This document shows, piece after piece, positions 57,745-64,000 of a stretch of 64,000 bases of DNA. The stretch covers positions 96,001 through 160,000 of the forward strand of contig CAWENF010000003.1 of the NCBI GenBank assembly GCA_963810275.1, in the 5' to 3' direction. The translations under genes were made by a program, and so were the position numbers. The stretch's first letter is position 1; every line of letters starts with the position of its first letter. Source of the stretch: an uncultured archaeon (GTDB taxonomy: Archaea; Thermoproteota; Bathyarchaeia; Bathyarchaeales; Bathycorpusculaceae). Below the pieces are notes generated by a model, which had not been told where the DNA came from, made no database searches, and saw only the letters and a program-made list of their open reading frames with translations.

Positions 57745-59040
57745 ATGACATCAGTAACCGTCAAAAAAACGGATTGCATCTCTGGCGAAGTGCAAGCTCC
57801 TGCCTCAAAGGCTTACACTCAACGCATGGTTATCGCGTCAGCCTTATCCAACGGAACCTCCAAAGTGGAGAAACCACTGTTTTCCAAAGACACCGAAGCC
57901 GCCCTACGCGCAGTAACGGGGTTGGGCGCCAAAGTTGAAGCGGGAGACGGACAATGGACGATAACGGGAGTAGCCCAACTGGAAGCCCCCAGCGAACCCA
58001 TTGATTGCGGCGAATCAGGAGCCACGCTAAGGTTTATAGTACCAGTCGCGGCTTTGGCAGACGGTGTCTCCACGCTGCTTTTCCATGGCTCAATTGCTCG
58101 TCGCCCCATAGAGCCCCTGCTAAACAGCCTCCATGACTTGAATGCAGAGGCATTTGTTGGCAAGCACTGTGAGGTGGATGCGGTGTTTGTGCAGGGCGGA
58201 GGCATTGCAGGTGGAAGAACCGAGATTGCTGGGGATGTTAGTTCACAGTTTATTTCTGGTTTGACGTTTGCGTGTCCCTTGGCAAAGGCGGATTCTGAGA
58301 TTGTGCTTACGTCGCCATTAGAGTCGGCCGATTATGTGAAGATGACTCAGACAGTACTCAGCCAGCACGGCGTCAAAGTTGAAATTGAAGAAAGGCGTCT
58401 GCTAATTTCGGGAAATCAACGCTACAAACCCGCAGACGCAACTGTACCTGGAGATTTCTCTTCAGCAGCTTTTCTCCTTGCAGCAGCTGCAGTCACTAAA
58501 TCCAAAGTAAAAGTGGGCAACCTCGATTACGAGGCAGTGCAGGGCGACAAAGCCATCGTGGAAATCCTAAAAGAAATGGGTGTAAAAGTTATGGTCACAA
58601 GCGACAGCATTGAAGTGGAAGGCACGGGTGAAAAGCTCAGGCACTTCGATATAGACGCAAAAAATGTCCCTGACCTTGTCCCCGTACTTGCAGCCCTTGC
58701 ATGCTACGCAGACGGCACCAGCCACATAACAGGCGCCAAACGGCTTCGCCTCAAAGAATCCGATCGACTCGCCTCAACGCACTCCGAACTCACCAAAATG
58801 GGCGCACAAATCACCATAACCGAAGACGGTTTAACCATCAAAGGCACCAAACTCCACAGCGCAGTCATAGACCCTCATAACGACCACCGCATAGCAATGG
58901 CAGCCGCCGTCGCCGCAATCGGAGCAAAAGGCGAAACCACAATAGAGCACGCAGAGTGTATCAGAAAGTCTTATCCGCAGTTCTTCCATCACTTAAAGCA
59001 ATTAGGAGTTGAAGTGGTTGGCGGGAAACTCGATAGGTAA
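57745..59040 (+). CDS. aroA: EPSP synthase
   Basis: PASKA, CGESGATLRF, SSQFISG, RLKESDR, DHRIAM, KSYP; ATG start at 57745. Confidence 0.97.
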   Translation: MTSVTVKKTDCISGEVQAPASKAYTQRMVIASALSNGTSKVEKPLFSKDTEAALRAVTGLGAKVEAGDGQWTITGVAQLEAPSEPIDCGESGATLRFIVPVAALADGVSTLLFHGSIARRPIEPLLNSLHDLNAEAFVGKHCEVDAVFVQGGGIAGGRTEIAGDVSSQFISGLTFACPLAKADSEIVLTSPLESADYVKMTQTVLSQHGVKVEIEERRLLISGNQRYKPADATVPGDFSSAAFLLAAAAVTKSKVKVGNLDYEAVQGDKAIVEILKEMGVKVMVTSDSIEVEGTGEKLRHFDIDAKNVPDLVPVLAALACYADGTSHITGAKRLRLKESDRLASTHSELTKMGAQITITEDGLTIKGTKLHSAVIDPHNDHRIAMAAAVAAIGAKGETTIEHAECIRKSYPQFFHHLKQLGVEVVGGKLDR

Positions 59041-60121
59041 AGAATTCACTGTTACAACGTTTGGGGAAAGCCATGGAAGAGTTGTCGGTGTAGTGGTTGA
59101 CGGCTGCCCCGCAGGTTTGCCCTTAAAAAAAGAAGATTTCCAAGAAGAGCTGGATAGGCGCATACCGAACCAGCCTAAAATCGTATCTGCCCGCGTGGAA
59201 AAGGACATGGCGCAGATTTTAAGCGGAGTCTTTAACGGCTACACGACGGGCGCACCCATCACATTGATGGTGGAAAATAAGGAGACTCAGTCCAGCGACT
59301 ACGACGCCGTCAAAAACACGCCCCGACCAGCCCACTCTGACTACCCTGCAAGCATCCGCTATGGCGGGTTTAATGACCATCGAGGCGGCGGTCGCTTCTC
59401 AGGCCGCGTTACAGTCACATTAATCATGGCGGGGGTTGTCGCCAAGAAGCTGCTAGCAAGATACAACATGGACGTTCTTGCATACACTCAAGCTATCGGA
59501 CCCGTTAAAAGCCACAAAGAGTTCCTCGCATCAGAAATTCGCAAGAACCGCAACGCGGCAGCCACCCGTTGCCCCGACTTGGAGTGTGCAGAGAAGATGG
59601 AGGAAGCCATCGTTGCCGCAAAAGAAGCAGGCGACAGCCTCGGCGGAGTCGTAGAATGCGTTGCACTTAACATTCCTGCTGGTGTTGGTGAACCGCTGTT
59701 TGACGCTTTGGATGCGGATTTGGCGAAGGCACTGTTTTGTGTGTCTGCGGTGAAGGGCGTAGAGTTTGGCGCCGGCTTCAAAGCTGCCGAAATGTGTGGC
59801 TCGGAAAACAACGACGCTTTCCTTATGAAAGGTGGCAAGGTAGTGACCGCAACCGAGAACGCGGGCGGCATCTTAGGCGGTTTGTCAAGCGGCATGCCCA
59901 TAGTCATCCGCGTCGCCATAAAACCCACACCCTCCATTGCGAAAGAGCAGAAAACCGTGGATTTAACCTCTATGCAAGATACCTGCATAACCGTCAAAGG
60001 CCGCCATGACCCATGCATTGTACCAAAAGCGGTGCCAGCTATAGAAGCCGCAGTAGCAGTAACCTTAGTTGACCACTTAATTCGAGTGGGAGAAATCCCC
60101 AAAACCCTAAAGGTGTACTAA
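59018..60121 (+). CDS. aroC: Chorismate synthase
   Basis: TFGESHG, RPAHSD, RGGGRFSGR, KPTPSI, GRHDPCI. Confidence 0.98.
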   Translation: MAGNSIGKEFTVTTFGESHGRVVGVVVDGCPAGLPLKKEDFQEELDRRIPNQPKIVSARVEKDMAQILSGVFNGYTTGAPITLMVENKETQSSDYDAVKNTPRPAHSDYPASIRYGGFNDHRGGGRFSGRVTVTLIMAGVVAKKLLARYNMDVLAYTQAIGPVKSHKEFLASEIRKNRNAAATRCPDLECAEKMEEAIVAAKEAGDSLGGVVECVALNIPAGVGEPLFDALDADLAKALFCVSAVKGVEFGAGFKAAEMCGSENNDAFLMKGGKVVTATENAGGILGGLSSGMPIVIRVAIKPTPSIAKEQKTVDLTSMQDTCITVKGRHDPCIVPKAVPAIEAAVAVTLVDHLIRVGEIPKTLKVY

Positions 60122-60122
60122 A

Positions 60123-60383
60123 ATGAGCGAGTTAGATTCGTTACGTGAAAAAATCGACGCAGTCGACGACCAAATCCTCCACGACTTCTTGCAACGTGTG
60201 AAAATTGCTCGCGCCATCGGCGAACTCAAGAGAAAAGAAGGCAGACCGGTGCATGACATCCACCGTGAAACCGAAGTTTTCAAGCGCGCCAGAGAGCGGG
60301 CGGAGCTTTTGAAGCTTGACCCTGAAAGAATTGAGCGTATCTACCACGAAATAGTTAATATGTGCAGCACCGTTCAACAGTAA
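60123..60383 (+). CDS. Monofunctional chorismate mutase (AroQ type)
   Basis: LDSLREKIDAVD..R..IGELK..RE. Confidence 0.92.
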   Translation: MSELDSLREKIDAVDDQILHDFLQRVKIARAIGELKRKEGRPVHDIHRETEVFKRARERAELLKLDPERIERIYHEIVNMCSTVQQ

Positions 60384-60413
60384 CGTTATCTCTCAACGGG
60401 GAGATGTTCCCAG

Positions 60414-61493
60414 ATGCTATATGAAATAAACGAGAAAGCACTCAAACTTGAAAGTGAAGGTAAAAAAATCGTCCGATTAAATCTTGGCGATCCCGATATG
60501 GCTACTCCGCCTGAAATCGTGGAAGCCGCTTATGCTGCAATGAAAGCAGGCAAAACCAAGTACAGCAGCAGCTATGGCGAGTTGAGGCTGCGGCAGAAAA
60601 TCGCTGATATCCATGGTGTTAAGGCAGAAAACGTGGTTATTACACCGGGCTCGAAGTGGGCTATTTTTTCCACCATGTTTCTCACTCTTAAAAACGGCGG
60701 CAACATCATCATCCCAACTCCGTACTGGACCGCTTACGACTTGATTGCGAAGAGTTTTGGCGCAAAAGTAAAGTTGCTACCAACAAAGATGGAGGATGGC
60801 TGGAAAATTGACCCCGCCAAACTTGAGGAACTCATCGACAGCGAGACAAAAATGATTCTTCTCAATAACCCAAACAACCCCACCAGCAAAGCCTTCGATG
60901 ACGCAACACTTGACGCCGTCGTGGAAGTAGCGAAAAGGAAAAAAGTACCCATCCTTTCAGACGAGGTTTACGGCGCAATTGCCTTCAAAAAAGTCAAAAG
61001 CATACTTGACTACGGCGAACTTGACAACAACATCGTCAGCAACGGCTTCTCAAAAACCTTCACAATGACTGGCTGGCGTGTAGGCTACCTTGTCGCAGAC
61101 AAAGCCCACATAGACAAAGTCACCAAACTCAACCAAATTACCTTCAACAACGTACCCGTCTTCATACAGGAAGCAGCACTCAAAGGCTTAGAACTCCACG
61201 CCCAAATCGCAGCCAACATCAAAGCAAAATACAAAACCCGCGCAGACCTCGCATCCAAGAAACTCAAAGAAGCAGGTTTCCAATTTACTGAACCAGATGC
61301 ACCCTTCTACGTGTTCCCCAAAAAAACCGGCTTGGATGGTACCAAATTCACTTTGGATTTGCTCGACAGCGGCGTTGCAGTTGCTCCTGGCTCAAGCTTC
61401 GGTGACCATCCAGAGCACTTCCGCATCAGCTTAACCGCTCCAGACGACCAAATCGAGTGGGCGATGAATAAAATCTGCGAGGCGGCTCAATGA
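60414..61493 (+). CDS. PLP-dependent class I/II aminotransferase (probable aromatic aminotransferase)
   Basis: NNPNNPT, SDEVY, GFSKTFTMTGWRVG; operon context. Confidence 0.92.
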   Translation: MLYEINEKALKLESEGKKIVRLNLGDPDMATPPEIVEAAYAAMKAGKTKYSSSYGELRLRQKIADIHGVKAENVVITPGSKWAIFSTMFLTLKNGGNIIIPTPYWTAYDLIAKSFGAKVKLLPTKMEDGWKIDPAKLEELIDSETKMILLNNPNNPTSKAFDDATLDAVVEVAKRKKVPILSDEVYGAIAFKKVKSILDYGELDNNIVSNGFSKTFTMTGWRVGYLVADKAHIDKVTKLNQITFNNVPVFIQEAALKGLELHAQIAANIKAKYKTRADLASKKLKEAGFQFTEPDAPFYVFPKKTGLDGTKFTLDLLDSGVAVAPGSSFGDHPEHFRISLTAPDDQIEWAMNKICEAAQ

Positions 61494-62362
61494 GGACAGC
61501 CGTTCTTGGCGCAGGAAAAATGGGCGTTTGGTTTGCCCGTTTCTGCAAAGAGAAAGGCGACACCGTAGTTTTAGCTGACCGCAAGCCTGAAAAGCTGGCG
61601 AAGTTGAAGGACGAGTTGGGCGTCGAAGTTGCTGATTTCCCAGCCGCAGTCAAGGAGGCTGACCGAGTCCTTATCTGCGTATCCATATCCTCTTTTGAGG
61701 AAACCGTCAAGAAAATCGCTGACTCAGTCCATAAAGGACAGCCAGTTATGGATGTGTGCTCCATCAAGGAGTATCCAGTTCAAGTTATGCATGAGTACCT
61801 CAAGGATGCTTTGGTTTTGGGTACACACCCTGTGTTTGGTCCGGGCAGCAACGGCGTTGCGCATAAAGCCTACGTGCTAACTCCCACTATGCCTGAAGAA
61901 GAAACTTACGCATTACAATACCAAAAATGGCTCGAGAAAGAAGGAGCCAACGTCTTTGTCATGACCCCAGCCAAGCACGACGAGCTCATGTCCATCATTT
62001 TGGGCTTCGCGCACTTCGTGGGGTTAGCTGCCTGCGAAACCCTGCTTGAACAGCCCGGCTTCGTGGAATCCAAAAAACTCGCTGGAACGACATACCGCAT
62101 GCTATTCACTCTTGCCGAAGCCGTAGCTATGGAAACCCCTGACTTGTACGCCAATGTGCAGACCAAGCTGGCGGGTATGGATAAAATCGAGGAAAAATTC
62201 ATCTCAAACGCCCAAGCTTGGGTGAACCTTATGAAACAAAAGGACTCTGCTGCCATCATGCAACGCATGGACAAGCTCCGAGCTAAACTCGAGAAAGCCG
62301 ACAAAGAATACGGTAAAAGCTACGAAGTAATGTACAAAATGTTACAGTCAACCGAGGAATAA
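61490..62362 (+). CDS. tyrA: Prephenate/arogenate dehydrogenase
   Basis: GAGKMG, DVCSIK, GTHPVFGP, HDELMS..HF. Confidence 0.93.
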   Translation: MRTAVLGAGKMGVWFARFCKEKGDTVVLADRKPEKLAKLKDELGVEVADFPAAVKEADRVLICVSISSFEETVKKIADSVHKGQPVMDVCSIKEYPVQVMHEYLKDALVLGTHPVFGPGSNGVAHKAYVLTPTMPEEETYALQYQKWLEKEGANVFVMTPAKHDELMSIILGFAHFVGLAACETLLEQPGFVESKKLAGTTYRMLFTLAEAVAMETPDLYANVQTKLAGMDKIEEKFISNAQAWVNLMKQKDSAAIMQRMDKLRAKLEKADKEYGKSYEVMYKMLQSTEE

Positions 62363-62366
62363 GTAA

Positions 62367-62999
62367 ATGGTTAAAACCTTACTTGTAAACTGCTACCAGA
62401 ACCCCAACGAAATCAACGAACTCAACAACGCCCTAAGCCAGTTTGCCGTATGCAAAATCGTGCCCTACACCAAAATCGACGCAGACTACCAGATTGGCGA
62501 AGACATCGCCGCGGTAGTCATAAGTGGCTCGTACGCTCGAATAACTAATCCAGAAGACAAATCCCAATACGACGCTATCGAAGAGCTGATCCGTGCCTGT
62601 AAGGTGCCGCTTTTGGGGATATGTTTTGGGCATCAGTTGCTTTGCAGGGCTTTTGGCGCAGAAACCGCAGCGATGCAGACGACTGTCCCTAAAAAATTCG
62701 GGCAGGTCAACATCGTACAGACAGGCGACATCTTAAGCCGCTTCCGCAGAGGACAGGGGGTGCCGTTGGCGCAGGAACACAAAGATTACGTGATGAAGGG
62801 CAGCCTCGAAAAAGCCGGATTTAATCTAATCGCTGACTCGGCAAGCTGTGAGGTGGAGGCAGTTAAACACAAAGACCACTTGTTCTTTGGCGTGCAGTTT
62901 CACCCCGAATGCATCACCATTAACGGCGAAACCCACCCCGAAGGATACCAAATCATAGATAATTTCTTTTGCAACAACGTAAAGCGGCTAGGCATCTAA
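62367..62999 (+). CDS. Type 1 glutamine amidotransferase
   Basis: GICFGHQ and GVQFHPE catalytic triad motifs. Confidence 0.88.
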   Translation: MVKTLLVNCYQNPNEINELNNALSQFAVCKIVPYTKIDADYQIGEDIAAVVISGSYARITNPEDKSQYDAIEELIRACKVPLLGICFGHQLLCRAFGAETAAMQTTVPKKFGQVNIVQTGDILSRFRRGQGVPLAQEHKDYVMKGSLEKAGFNLIADSASCEVEAVKHKDHLFFGVQFHPECITINGETHPEGYQIIDNFFCNNVKRLGI

Positions 63000-63273
63000 C
63001 CGCTTTTCTATTTCTTTCTTTATGCGGGTGTGGCGGCTTTTATGTCACCACAAGACTGAGTTTGATTGCGGTTGCTTTTTGGGGTCAGGTTGCATTTCAA
63101 CGTCTGACGTGGTGTGGTGGCTGGTTTTCTTGCATGCCAACATAGCTATGTTGAATCCGCCGCAGTGTGGTCTGGCGACATGTTAACCGTTCTGTAAGTT
63201 GGCACCATTTCTTTTCAGTGAATTTGGTAAATTATATAACCGTACAACCGCACCTGTCACAGGGTAACTTAAC

Positions 63274-63951
63274 TTGCCACCGAAACTACATCATTTTAAC
63301 ATAGTAATTGTAGGCGGTGCGGCATTCGCCATTTTAGGCGGACTTTTAAAAGAGAAACCAAGTTTACTTGTAACGACTGAAATGTTCTATTGCGAAACCG
63401 GCAAAGTGGCAACATTGGATTTTGAAATATCAAACTTTGGAGGTGACGCCAGCGGCGTAGTCATCAGGGCGTCTTCAGATGCCTTCTCTGAAGCGTCCAC
63501 CGACAAGTTTGATGTTACAGCAGGCAACACAGTCACACCGTCTCCTGCCAAGTAACAGTAAACGACCTAGAAAACAAAGACTACTCAAATCACTTTAACG
63601 TACACCGCCGACGGCAACATCTTTAATGGGTTCCAAGGCGACGTGGCAGTTAACGCAGTATTCCACGTGGCGCCATCCTTTGAGCTAGTTGATATTCACT
63701 GGAAAAACAATGTTAACTGGTTTGAGCACATAGGCAACTTTACGCTACTGTACTTTAGCATCCAGAGCAACTCTAACTTTGCTGCTGAAGATGCTGAAGT
63801 TAAGCTGTCTTTTACGCCAGCAGTCGCTGAGTTAGTAATTAATCCGAGCAGTACACTGATAGCGCGCATAGACCCCAAAGCTACTTCGGGTCCAATTTCA
63901 ACTGCTGTAGCAGTCCAATGTCAACTGGGCCAGCAGCTTACGGTGCGATAG
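63274..63951 (+). pseudogene. Fragmented membrane-anchored Ig-like (CARDB/S-layer-like) protein gene
   Basis: TM plus FEISNFGGDA segment; stop at 63555 with VTVNDLENK continuing in another frame; second fragment 63643-63951. Confidence 0.5.
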
Positions 63952-64000
63952 TTGGAGAACATCTTATTCAAATAGAACTCTCAATAGAAGGCTACGTGGT

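Noticed and set aside
63020-63210. Possible decayed zinc-ribbon gene on the minus strand (PHCGG fragment)
   Set aside because: Too degenerate to call: frames are broken and the Cys pairs are incomplete.
1-64000. CRISPR arrays, rRNA genes, IS elements and defence systems
   Set aside because: No regularly spaced repeats, rRNA-like sequence or transposase/cas motifs were seen by eye.

Overview
Archaeal chromosome segment, most consistent with Bathyarchaeia (TACK). This placement is inferred from the archaeal ribosomal proteins with long charged tails, the large PQQ-like beta-propeller surface protein and the methanogen-type amino-acid pathways. Left to right it holds: glycosyltransferase/methyltransferase/radical SAM genes; cmk; an EMC3/DUF106 insertase with an extra N-terminal domain; secY-rpl15; an insertion with SGNH and acyltransferase-3 genes; the rpl22..rpl30 ribosomal operon; hypE and hypFCD; accessory genes, several frameshifted; an intron-containing tRNA-Met; ilvD; the three-gene aspartate-semialdehyde-to-homocysteine system; and a 12-gene aromatic amino-acid operon (aspartate kinase, aroA', aroB', aroD, aroE, aroK, aroA, aroC, chorismate mutase, aminotransferase, tyrA, glutamine amidotransferase). 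The main finding is an unannotated 28-codon Phe/Tyr-rich leader ORF (52121-52207, MIYTLVISSNALQFGSFDYGFYYFGYFP). It lies between a TATA box and that operon and is flanked by RNA hairpins, making it a candidate ribosome-sensed attenuator in an archaeon. A second candidate is a promoter-linked, multi-helix ncRNA with a competing terminator-like hairpin at 11974-12125. All family calls come from motif recognition, not database searches.
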